From positions 18,895 through 33,502 of the forward strand of contig JBHLQM010000036.1 in assembly GCA_048884785.1 (NCBI GenBank): DNA of 14,608 nucleotides, read 5' to 3'. Under the pieces are notes generated by a model. That model was not told the DNA's origin. It did not search any database and saw nothing but the letters and a program-made list of their open reading frames with translations. The stretch is from Candidatus Thorarchaeota archaeon. GTDB taxonomy: Archaea > Asgardarchaeota > Thorarchaeia > Thorarchaeales > Thorarchaeaceae. Positions 1 to 8,026 of this stretch are shown here, one piece after another. The position numbers and the translations under genes are program-made. How positions within the stretch are numbered: the stretch's first letter is position 1; each line of letters starts with the position of its first letter.

Positions 1-1219
1 GGATGTGCTGCCACTTTGAGTATATATTCGTATCAATGTAGAATGTGAATTCTCCTGGAGAAACATGAGTATAATTAGTAATCTCAATATTATCGACATA
101 TACTCTAACGGTTACGTCTTCCCAAGTAGTTTCAATATTCACTACAAATGCTGTATACCCAATCACAACATCATTTGTGGGGGATATGATATCTATCATT
201 GGAACTCCATGATTGTCTACAATGAAAATCCAGTGTCTTTCCCAAATGTGTCCAAAGCTATCATATGCTATGAAAGTGAAGTTATGTTCACCTTCTGAAT
301 ACAGTGTTGTATTGAGAGTAAAAGATGATATTCCATCAGGCAATGTGATATTGATAACACCAGGTGCAAGGGCACCATCCACATAAGCCGAGAAAGTCAC
401 ATTTTGATAGGGTGTAGTCACTCTAACCTCAATCTCTGCATTTCCCATTATTCTATCATATTGAGTAAATCCTCTGATGTAGAACCTCACATAATCAAGA
501 AAATAGAGTGTCCTTTCTGCGGTATCCTCAAGGCCTTCCTCAGTATAGACTACTACTGTAATATCATGATGTCCGTTCTCATAGCGGCTTCCGTTTATGG
601 TGAAATTATTTGCACCGATGGCAACAAGTGTTGCGTTGAATTCTGGTGTGAGTTCTCCATCCACTGAAATATTAAGATATACTTCCGAATAATCGGCTGT
701 TATGTTGAGATATAGATCATCCAATCCGGTGAAGTTTGTGAGTGGTGCTGGACCCAGAAACTCAACATTTGGCACACCATGGTTATCAATGTTAAATTCA
801 AGGTAGTATGACTCCTTGTCATTGGTCCCGGTGCTGTTGTCTTCAAAGAGAAGAGTGAAGTTCAGATAACCCTCACTTAAGATGGTTGTATCAACAGTGA
901 CATTTTGAATTCCTGTACCGATTTCAGTCCTATTATAATCAGGATATATTTCATCCTCGATGTATAAGGTAAGATTTAGAGGTCCATTGACTGATGTAAT
1001 GGACAAAGTCATATTGAAGGTTCCGACAATCCTGCTACCATTTGCTGGCGATTGAAGTACAATCGTGATGTTTTCCGAATCATATCCTGCAAAGGTTTGA
1101 AGGATGACAGGTGCTTCAGTTGTTTCCAGTGTGGATATTGGTGTTATAGGTTGAGCAAATATTGCCGAAGCAAGAAATGCTGCTACAACCAGAACTGCTA
1201 CAAGACTTGTCTTTCTCAT
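1..1219 (-). CDS. Secreted/surface glycoprotein with tandem Ig-like (beta-sandwich) repeats; 3' end lies outside the window
   Basis: Manual translation from ATG at 1219 stays open for 406 codons to the window edge (not in the ORF track). It begins with a signal peptide, MRKTSLVAVLVVAAFLASAIFAQ. About four beta-rich units of ~95 aa follow, with Ig-like patterns (LQSPANGSRIVG, YVDG, LNTTLYSEGEHNFTFIAYDSFG, VDN). DNHGVP occurs twice, 190 aa apart, and there are about 19 N-x-S/T sequons. Confidence 0.88.
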   Translation of the reverse strand, partial: MRKTSLVAVLVVAAFLASAIFAQPITPISTLETTEAPVILQTFAGYDSENITIVLQSPANGSRIVGTFNMTLSITSVNGPLNLTLYIEDEIYPDYNRTEIGTGIQNVTVDTTILSEGYLNFTLLFEDNSTGTNDKESYYLEFNIDNHGVPNVEFLGPAPLTNFTGLDDLYLNITADYSEVYLNISVDGELTPEFNATLVAIGANNFTINGSRYENGHHDITVVVYTEEGLEDTAERTLYFLDYVRFYIRGFTQYDRIMGNAEIEVRVTTPYQNVTFSAYVDGALAPGVINITLPDGISSFTLNTTLYSEGEHNFTFIAYDSFGHIWERHWIFIVDNHGVPMIDIISPTNDVVIGYTAFVVNIETTWEDVTVRVYVDNIEITNYTHVSPGEFTFYIDTNIYSKWQHI

Positions 1220-1279
1220 GCTGAAGCCTTCCTTGAACCCAATCCTGTTTGAGGTGAGGGGTTGGGGCACAAGAAAATA

Positions 1280-1335
1280 GACTACTTTTAAGGCTAGCGC
1301 CAGTTTCAAAGCTGTACAACAGGAGATATATTAGC
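1280..1335. promoter_or_regulatory. Divergent promoter region with TATA-like elements
   Basis: 153-bp gap between divergent genes. CTTTTAAG near 1286-1293 reads as TATA-like on either strand, and GATATATT lies near 1325-1332. Assignment to individual genes is uncertain. Confidence 0.35.
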
Positions 1336-1372
1336 CATTATTGCACTCTCATCATGCTTACATACATGGGAA

Positions 1373-3778
1373 GTGCGTCCTTTGACAATTGAAGATGTAG
1401 ATGTATCTAGCAAAATCTGGTCTCCCTCTGAAAACCTGCCGCCTCGAATAAGACGTTTGAGAAGTCATTTCTATTCATTTCATGATAGGAAGGAGACAAA
1501 TGAGCCCTATTCTTTTACAACCGGTACAGAATGGGATGAGGTCTATTCCATTCATGATTGGGCTAATGAGCCTGCATTATATCCATTCTTTCCTTCAGTA
1601 AACGCTACCTTGCAAGCCATGGCAGTTCCAGTTGAGATTCCTGATGATTTCTGGAAAAATAGTCTTCCAATGCGTCGTGCAATCTTTTTCCACGAAGTGA
1701 TGACCAAGTATATGCCTATCACAATATTAGAGGACGATTTGATTGTAGGTTTCCATTTCAATACAGCTCTTTCAAGAACCCTGAATAGGCAGGAAACCAA
1801 GGCAAGAAACAAAGATTCAGAGAAATGGTTTGATGAGGCAAAGCGACTCAGCAAAGTTGGAGTGGGCACAGCATCTTCAATTCCTGGTCATGTTATTCCA
1901 AACTATTCGAAGGTCATGAAAATCGGTATGAAAGGACTTGTTGAGGAGTATGAGGAAATTCTAAAAAATGACTTATCTGATAATCATAGGCAATTTGTTG
2001 AATCCCTTATACTTAGTTGCAGGACTGCCAAGGAGTTCAATGAGCGTCAAGCACTGAAAGCTATGGAACTGGCAAAGACTACTTCTGATCCAAAAAGGAA
2101 GAAGGAATTAGAAGAGATTGCTAGAATCTGTTTAAAGGTTCCCTGGGAAGTCCCTCAAACCTTCTGGGAGGCACTTCAGTCTCTTTGGACCGTGCACATG
2201 CTTGTAATGGCAGCCGAATCATATCCTGGCGCAGGTCTTTCCTATGGCCGTTGGGATCAATACATGTATCCTTTCTATAAAAAGAGCATTGAATCTGGTG
2301 ATTTGACGGTTGAGAAGGCAAAAGAGCTATTACAGTGCTACTGGATCAAACACAATTACGTGTATGATTTTCAGGGAAGACTGGGTCTGAACCAAGGCAT
2401 AAACTCAAGCTTTGGACAGCTTATCACTCTTGGTGGATGTGGAGCAAATGGGGAGGACCTTACAAATGATTTGACTTGGCTTGCACTTGATGTCATTGAG
2501 GAGATGAATCTTTTAGAGCCGAAACCCAATGTGAGAATTCACAAGAACACACCTGACAAACTTCTCCTTCGCCTTGCTGAGATGCTATCAAAAGCACAGG
2601 GTTCTCCATTTTTGTTGAACTTTGATGAGCATAGTATAGAGGGACTTGTCTGGCAGGGCATTCCCCGTGAAGATGCATGGGACTATGGAATTGTTGGTTG
2701 CCTAGAAAACACCATGCAGGGAAATGATAGATCTGATACTGTTGATGTGAATATCAATCTCGCGAAGGCTGTGGAATTCGCACTGAATGATGGCAAAGAT
2801 ATGCTTACCTGTGAACAAATGGGTCTCAAAACTGGCAATCCTTTGGGCTTTGATACCTATGAGAGGTTTTTGAGCGCTGTAAAATCTCAGCTTGCAGAGC
2901 TAGTTAGGCTTCTGGTACGATGCGGCAACATGGCTGATACATTGAGGGCTAGATATCAACCTACACCGTATCTGAGCGCATTAATGGATGGGTGCGCGGA
3001 AAGAGGAAAAGACATCAACGAAGGCGGAACAGACTGGAATTTTAATACCATGGAAGGAATGGGAATTGCTACACTTGCCGATTCAGTTGTTGCAGTGAAG
3101 AAGCTGGTATACGAAGAAAAACGGTGTTCGTTGGAAGAACTGCTTCAGGCAATTCGCGATAATTATGAAGGGCATGAGGAACTCCATCAAATGCTCAGGA
3201 CCAAAGCACCCAAGTTTGGAAACGACAATAAGGATGCTGATGACGTAGCCCGTGAATTGTCAACGTTCTGGGCAAACGAAGTGGTCAAGTATGAGAACCC
3301 CTTTACTGAACGAAAGTATCGTGCAGGCTATCTCTCTTGGAATTACTTCATACCATTAGCACCGTTGACAGCAGCAACACCTGATGGAAGGCGGCGTGGA
3401 GAGTTTCTATCTGGCGGAGTGGGTGCCGTTCAAGGAATGGATGCAAAGGGGCCGACTGCTTCAAGTATGTCCGTTGGTAAACTAGGCTTGGAAACAATTC
3501 CTAATGGGGCTTCGCACACTATTACATTAAGTCCGTCAATGGTTCGAACCCCTGAACACATTTCCAAACTAGCCTCGTTTCTGAGAGCCTATAATGAAGT
3601 AGGAGGAACGGCATTACAGATCAATATCATCGATAGTAAAACACTCAGGGATGCTCAAGCGAATCCTGACCGGTACTCTAATCTCCTTGTACGAGTAACA
3701 GGCTACAATGCATTCTTCACACAAATAGGTCGTGAGCTGCAGGAAGAGATTATCTCGAGAACGGAGCATAATCTGTGA
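1373..3778 (+). CDS. Glycyl radical enzyme (PFL2/eliminase-like superfamily, single catalytic Cys), substrate unknown
   Basis: 801 aa, GTG start. C-terminal glycyl-radical motif LLVRVTGY (Gly777). Thiyl loop YGIVGCLEN (Cys443, Glu445). Other GRE hallmarks are PGHVIPNY, P.TFWEALQ, SYGRWDQY, APKFGND, ATPDGRRRGE and LQIN. It is adjacent to an activase. Confidence 0.95.
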   Translation: MRPLTIEDVDVSSKIWSPSENLPPRIRRLRSHFYSFHDRKETNEPYSFTTGTEWDEVYSIHDWANEPALYPFFPSVNATLQAMAVPVEIPDDFWKNSLPMRRAIFFHEVMTKYMPITILEDDLIVGFHFNTALSRTLNRQETKARNKDSEKWFDEAKRLSKVGVGTASSIPGHVIPNYSKVMKIGMKGLVEEYEEILKNDLSDNHRQFVESLILSCRTAKEFNERQALKAMELAKTTSDPKRKKELEEIARICLKVPWEVPQTFWEALQSLWTVHMLVMAAESYPGAGLSYGRWDQYMYPFYKKSIESGDLTVEKAKELLQCYWIKHNYVYDFQGRLGLNQGINSSFGQLITLGGCGANGEDLTNDLTWLALDVIEEMNLLEPKPNVRIHKNTPDKLLLRLAEMLSKAQGSPFLLNFDEHSIEGLVWQGIPREDAWDYGIVGCLENTMQGNDRSDTVDVNINLAKAVEFALNDGKDMLTCEQMGLKTGNPLGFDTYERFLSAVKSQLAELVRLLVRCGNMADTLRARYQPTPYLSALMDGCAERGKDINEGGTDWNFNTMEGMGIATLADSVVAVKKLVYEEKRCSLEELLQAIRDNYEGHEELHQMLRTKAPKFGNDNKDADDVARELSTFWANEVVKYENPFTERKYRAGYLSWNYFIPLAPLTAATPDGRRRGEFLSGGVGAVQGMDAKGPTASSMSVGKLGLETIPNGASHTITLSPSMVRTPEHISKLASFLRAYNEVGGTALQINIIDSKTLRDAQANPDRYSNLLVRVTGYNAFFTQIGRELQEEIISRTEHNL

Positions 3779-4746
3779 TGACAACATCTGGGCTGATCAC
3801 AAACATACAACGCTGCTCGACAGAGGATGGACCTGGCATTAGAACATCCGTATTTCTAAAAGGGTGTCCATTGCATTGTATATGGTGTCATAACATTGAA
3901 ACTATTGACCCTAAACCTCGATTGATATGGCACTCTAGAAAATGCATTGCCGATCAAGCCTGTGTCAAGTCCTGCCCAGAAGAAGCACTCACTCTCACTT
4001 CTGATGGAATGAAGATCGACTTGGAAAAATGCTCTCTATGCGAAATCTGTGAGGATGTATGTCCTTCGGGAGCTCTTGAGATTATGGGAAAGGAATGGGC
4101 TTCCAATGAGTTGGTTGAGGAGTTGCTTCGTGACAGAGTATTCTTTGAGACCTCAAACGGAGGAGTTACAATTACTGGTGGAGAGCCACTATTTCAGCAT
4201 GAATTCGCAACGGAAATCGCTTCAGGACTAAAATTGAATAATATTCATGTCGCACTAGATACGTCAGGCTATTCAAATGAGCATGTTTGGAGAAGTATTT
4301 TGCAACATATCGATCTTCTTCTATTGGACCTGAAAGTCATGGATGGAGATTTGCACATGAAGTATACTGGAGTTCCTCTAGAGAGAATTCTTGAGAATGC
4401 GAAGATTGCGTCAAAGCTAGGAATACCCGTATGGATACGCACTCCAATTATCCCAGACCATACTGATTCTCAGGAGAACATTAGGGCTATCTCCTCTTTC
4501 ATTATGGAGTATCTCCCTACAGTGGAAAGATATGACCTACTCGCGTTCAACAAGATGTGTACTGAGAAATACACTCTCTTTGGTCTTGAGTATCCGCTTA
4601 AGGGACATGATTTAATTGAGAAGGAAAAAATGAAGCGGCTAGCAGATGTTGCGAGAGATGAAGGTGTATCGAATGTTACATGGTCCGGTATGACAAAACG
4701 AGATGCCGGAAAGAGTATCAAGAATGCAAATCACGAGGTGAGTTAA
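3778..4746 (+). CDS. Glycyl-radical activating enzyme (radical SAM) with ferredoxin-like insert
   Basis: DGPGIRTSVFLKGCPLHCIWCHN (CxxxCxxC), GGVTITGGEP, DTSGY and LLDLK motifs. The insert has CIADQACVKSCP and CSLCEICEDVCP. The start overlaps the GRE stop (GTGATG: GTG 3775 or ATG 3778). Confidence 0.95.
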   Translation: MTTSGLITNIQRCSTEDGPGIRTSVFLKGCPLHCIWCHNIETIDPKPRLIWHSRKCIADQACVKSCPEEALTLTSDGMKIDLEKCSLCEICEDVCPSGALEIMGKEWASNELVEELLRDRVFFETSNGGVTITGGEPLFQHEFATEIASGLKLNNIHVALDTSGYSNEHVWRSILQHIDLLLLDLKVMDGDLHMKYTGVPLERILENAKIASKLGIPVWIRTPIIPDHTDSQENIRAISSFIMEYLPTVERYDLLAFNKMCTEKYTLFGLEYPLKGHDLIEKEKMKRLADVARDEGVSNVTWSGMTKRDAGKSIKNANHEVS

Positions 4747-4747
4747 T

Positions 4748-5569
4748 GTGCATAGTATAATTCCCGAAAAACTGTCAAACGCTTTGAATATCTTTGAAAC
4801 ACCTAAGTTCATGATCACTCGGGATGCCAGTGGAGAGCCAAATATAGCTCTTGTCATGACTTGGACAGTCTATGACAAAAATCGTCTGGTGTATGGCGAT
4901 TTCATGACATACAAATCACGCATGAATCTAATAGATGGAAATTCGAAGATGGCACTACTGGTCATGACAACGGATCTCAATAGTTGGCTGATTAAGGCTG
5001 ATTTTGAGTCATATCACAAGAATGATGAGATCTATGAATACATAGCAACGACACCTCTTTTCAAGTATAATCAATACACCAATGCAAGAGGAGCTGGTCT
5101 TGCTGAAGCGAGATGGATAAGCCCTGAGTACTCCATTTCCAAGCTCAATGTTCTCTCAGGGTACCTCAAAGCAAAACTCGCAGCTCGAGGAGTATCCTAC
5201 AATGAAACGGAGGAGGGAAATATGCCTCGTCCAGTCATGGACCGTTTTTCTAAGATGGCTGCAGTCAAAATCCTATCCTTTATCGGTGAAGATGGGTATC
5301 CGGAAGCCTTTCCCGCCTTTGGCATTGTTCCAGCACATAGAAACAGTCTCACTGTAAATCGAACAGAAGAGAACCGCCGAGGATATCACCTAAGTGAGGG
5401 CCAACGCGTTGCAATATCCCTAGTCACCCTTGAGCCAGCTGCATTTCAAGTCAAAGGCGTTTTCAGAGAAGTTAGTTCGAAATCCGGAATAGTAGAGGTT
5501 GACCGAGTATATGCCTGCTCTCTACCAAGACCTGGTGAGCGAATTGACATTCCTCTGGTTAAAACCTGA
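4748..5569 (+). CDS. Tandem pyridoxamine-5'-phosphate-oxidase-like (split beta-barrel, putative flavin-binding) protein
   Basis: Two similar halves, each opening with the split-barrel pattern: KFMITRDASGEPNIA...KSRMNL..NSKMALLV and KILSFIGEDGYPEAFP...GQRVAISLV...FQVKG. The GTG start is 1 nt after the activase stop and is preceded by GAGGTGA (SD-like). Confidence 0.75.
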   Translation: MHSIIPEKLSNALNIFETPKFMITRDASGEPNIALVMTWTVYDKNRLVYGDFMTYKSRMNLIDGNSKMALLVMTTDLNSWLIKADFESYHKNDEIYEYIATTPLFKYNQYTNARGAGLAEARWISPEYSISKLNVLSGYLKAKLAARGVSYNETEEGNMPRPVMDRFSKMAAVKILSFIGEDGYPEAFPAFGIVPAHRNSLTVNRTEENRRGYHLSEGQRVAISLVTLEPAAFQVKGVFREVSSKSGIVEVDRVYACSLPRPGERIDIPLVKT

Positions 5570-5595
5570 ATTCCAATATAATACGAGGCCAAGAA

Positions 5596-6132
5596 TTGAA
5601 CGAATGGGTTTTTGATGCAAAAAATGGAGGCAGAATATCAATACGCCATGCCAAAGTAACTGATGCCTCAGACCTTTATGCAGGATTTTCTCAAGTTGTT
5701 GCAGAGGGAGAATGGCTACCGGCTAATAGTGCAAACTCGAATCGCAATGAATGGGCGGAATGGATACAGCGAACATATGGCAATCGTGAAGTTCTTCTCG
5801 TTGCTCATGTTGATGGAGAGTATGCAGGACATCTGAGCCTTCAACCAGAAGAATGGATGGCATCAAGGCATGTTGCAAAGCTAGGTGTCATTGTCACCAA
5901 GCCCTATCGTGGATTAGGTGTGGGACGCTCACTGATGATAGCAGCTGAGGATGCCGCCAGACAGCAACGATACGAAAAGATAATCCTAAGTACATTCGAT
6001 AACAATTTCATCGCAAAGTCACTATATGATTCTCTTGGATATCGCTTAATTGGCAAGAGGATGCGTCATTTTTTAATGCCGAAGGGCTATATAGATGAGG
6101 TACTTATGGAAAAGACAATAGTCTATGGATAG
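5596..6132 (+). CDS. GNAT family N-acetyltransferase
   Basis: Acetyl-CoA-binding motif A (VTKPYRGLGVGRSLM) and motif B (NNFIAKSLYDSLGY). N-terminal ISIRHA..DA and C-terminal YIDEVLMEK. TTG start. Confidence 0.9.
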   Translation: MNEWVFDAKNGGRISIRHAKVTDASDLYAGFSQVVAEGEWLPANSANSNRNEWAEWIQRTYGNREVLLVAHVDGEYAGHLSLQPEEWMASRHVAKLGVIVTKPYRGLGVGRSLMIAAEDAARQQRYEKIILSTFDNNFIAKSLYDSLGYRLIGKRMRHFLMPKGYIDEVLMEKTIVYG

Positions 6133-6153
6133 TTGCGCTGGAGTTGAATCCCA

Positions 6154-6663
6154 ATGTGGAGGAGAATAGTCGACCATTTTAAAGAATCTCCAAGTAGGCT
6201 TGCAGTTGCACAATCACTAGTGCGGCATGGATTTAGAGTGACCAATCCCGGGGAAATCAAGTGTGGAGAGATTAGAATACCTTTGAAATCAATAGGAGAT
6301 GCCTTGGGATTCGATAGAAGAACTGTTCGGGCAACCACCGAGGACATCTGTTCCAACGATGATCTATACTCTTTCTTCTCGGTACTCCTACCTGCGGGTC
6401 CATCTCTAGAAAAAGTGAGCAAAGTTCTGGGCTACGGTGTTGTCACCATATACGTCGAATCACCTGAGAATCCTGGAATCCTATCACAAGTGACATCGAC
6501 TATCGCAGGGTATAACATTCCAATTCGTCAAGTACTCGCAGAGGATGTGGCGATATATGAGCAACCATGTCTCAAAGTCATCACACAGGAACCTTTACCT
6601 GGAGGAGTTATTGGTGCTCTTACGGGGATTGAAGGAGTCAGTAGAGTTATCATTGACAAGTAG
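6154..6663 (+). CDS. Archaeal ACT-domain putative regulator of amino-acid metabolism (COG2150-like)
   Basis: The N-terminus MW..I...F...PSRL.VA..L..HG, CGEIRIP and IGDALGFDRRTV (HTH-like) is typical of this archaeal family. C-terminal ACT domain PGILSQVTSTIAGYNIPIRQ. Confidence 0.85.
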   Translation: MWRRIVDHFKESPSRLAVAQSLVRHGFRVTNPGEIKCGEIRIPLKSIGDALGFDRRTVRATTEDICSNDDLYSFFSVLLPAGPSLEKVSKVLGYGVVTIYVESPENPGILSQVTSTIAGYNIPIRQVLAEDVAIYEQPCLKVITQEPLPGGVIGALTGIEGVSRVIIDK

Positions 6664-6715
6664 AATTCTTGTCCTTCAACAAGACTGAAAAGGAGCATTC
6701 ATTGCTCGACGGTGA

Positions 6716-8020
6716 GTGTTTCAATCCATGGACCCAGACTTGCACGCTTCAGAACCTGAACAACCTGCGCTGGATGCTGCAACCGCATCAAAGACAGGGA
6801 TGCATCAGGTATGGACATTGGCACTTTCTTTAGCCATACTGCAGGTAGGGTTTGGCATCGTGATCCCAATTTTCCCATATTACATTGTCGCGCTAGGAGC
6901 TTCAGCTCTTGACCTTGGAATGCTGGCGGCGTCTTTTGCATTGACACGGATTGTATTAGCTGGTCCGATGGGTGGCCTTTCGGATAGGATTGGTCGGAAG
7001 CCAGTGATGATATTTGCCTTAGTGGGTTTCTCCATTGCCAATGTAATCTACGCATTTGCCCCCAATGTTTTGGTCATGATTGGAGCTCGAGCACTTGAGG
7101 GAGCGGTTTCTGCAGGATTCTTTCCCGCTGCCAATGCATACGTTTCAGATGTAACATCCATTGAGAACCGAGGGGCCGCAATGGGCTATTTGAGCATGGG
7201 GAGCATGGTTGGCTTTGTGATTGGCCCCGCAATTGGAGGAGTGCTGGCTGAGTATCTAGGAGTGCGTATTCCATTTATTGTTGCAGCAATTGCCACACTT
7301 GGTACACTTGGGGCAGTTCAAATTCTAGTGAAAGAACCTGAGAAGACAGCTCAAAAACAGAAATACTCCCATCTGAGGCAGAAAGTACCTGTAGTCAGTG
7401 TACTGAGGAATAATACCAAGGCCTACTCAGCATTGGGCATTTCCATGTTTGCGAATATGTTTGCTCTTGGAATTCTAGAGGTTGCATTCACTCTTGATGC
7501 TGTTCAGAGATTCGGAATCACACCCATTGAGATTGGTGGATTCTTCGGGGTTCTAGGGGTCGTAACGATATTTGGAAATATTATATTCGGAAAACTTTCA
7601 GACCGACTTGGACGCAAATGGCTGATCGTTTTTGGTTCACTTGTTGGCGCATTATCATTATACTTCTTCATGATAGCATCAGACGTCATAGGCTTCTATC
7701 TAGGTGGAATTACACTTGGAATCGCTATGGCAATGAGAGGTCCTGCAATTCAAGCTCTGACTGCTGACTTGACCGATGAATCAGCATATGGCAGCATCAT
7801 GGGTCTGATGGGCGCAGTTAGCAACAGCGCATATGTTGTCGGACCGCTGATCGGAGGTGCATTGTATGACCGAGATGGTGATTCAATAGCGGCTATCGGA
7901 GTTGCGGTTTTTGTTTCAGTTTCGGGTGCACTAGCGGCTGCTGTTGGGCTTCCCAAGAAAGTCAAACGCTATTCAAGAAACAGCAAGGAAGATGAACTCA
8001 TCTCCGAAGGGAATGAATAA
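6716..8020 (+). CDS. MFS transporter, DHA1/TetA-like efflux type
   Basis: About 12 hydrophobic segments. MFS motif A occurs twice (GGLSDRIGRK, GKLSDRLGRK), along with the antiporter motif GFVIGPAIGG. The true start may be ATG 6728. Confidence 0.9.
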   Translation: MFQSMDPDLHASEPEQPALDAATASKTGMHQVWTLALSLAILQVGFGIVIPIFPYYIVALGASALDLGMLAASFALTRIVLAGPMGGLSDRIGRKPVMIFALVGFSIANVIYAFAPNVLVMIGARALEGAVSAGFFPAANAYVSDVTSIENRGAAMGYLSMGSMVGFVIGPAIGGVLAEYLGVRIPFIVAAIATLGTLGAVQILVKEPEKTAQKQKYSHLRQKVPVVSVLRNNTKAYSALGISMFANMFALGILEVAFTLDAVQRFGITPIEIGGFFGVLGVVTIFGNIIFGKLSDRLGRKWLIVFGSLVGALSLYFFMIASDVIGFYLGGITLGIAMAMRGPAIQALTADLTDESAYGSIMGLMGAVSNSAYVVGPLIGGALYDRDGDSIAAIGVAVFVSVSGALAAAVGLPKKVKRYSRNSKEDELISEGNE

Positions 8021-8026
8021 CCCCAT

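Noticed and set aside
65-1319. Short Cys/Ile-rich ORFs 65-298, 404-667, 1052-1252 (+) and 1116-1319 (-)
   Set aside because: They are antisense or off-frame shadows of the long minus-strand Ig-like gene (1219 to <1). The Cys richness comes from reverse-complemented ACA/GCA codons.
1373-3778. Calling the GRE pyruvate formate-lyase (pflB), or a specific enzyme such as CutC, HypD or HPAD
   Set aside because: It lacks the Cys-Cys pair of PFL, the expected partner genes are absent, and I cannot verify substrate-specific residues by eye.
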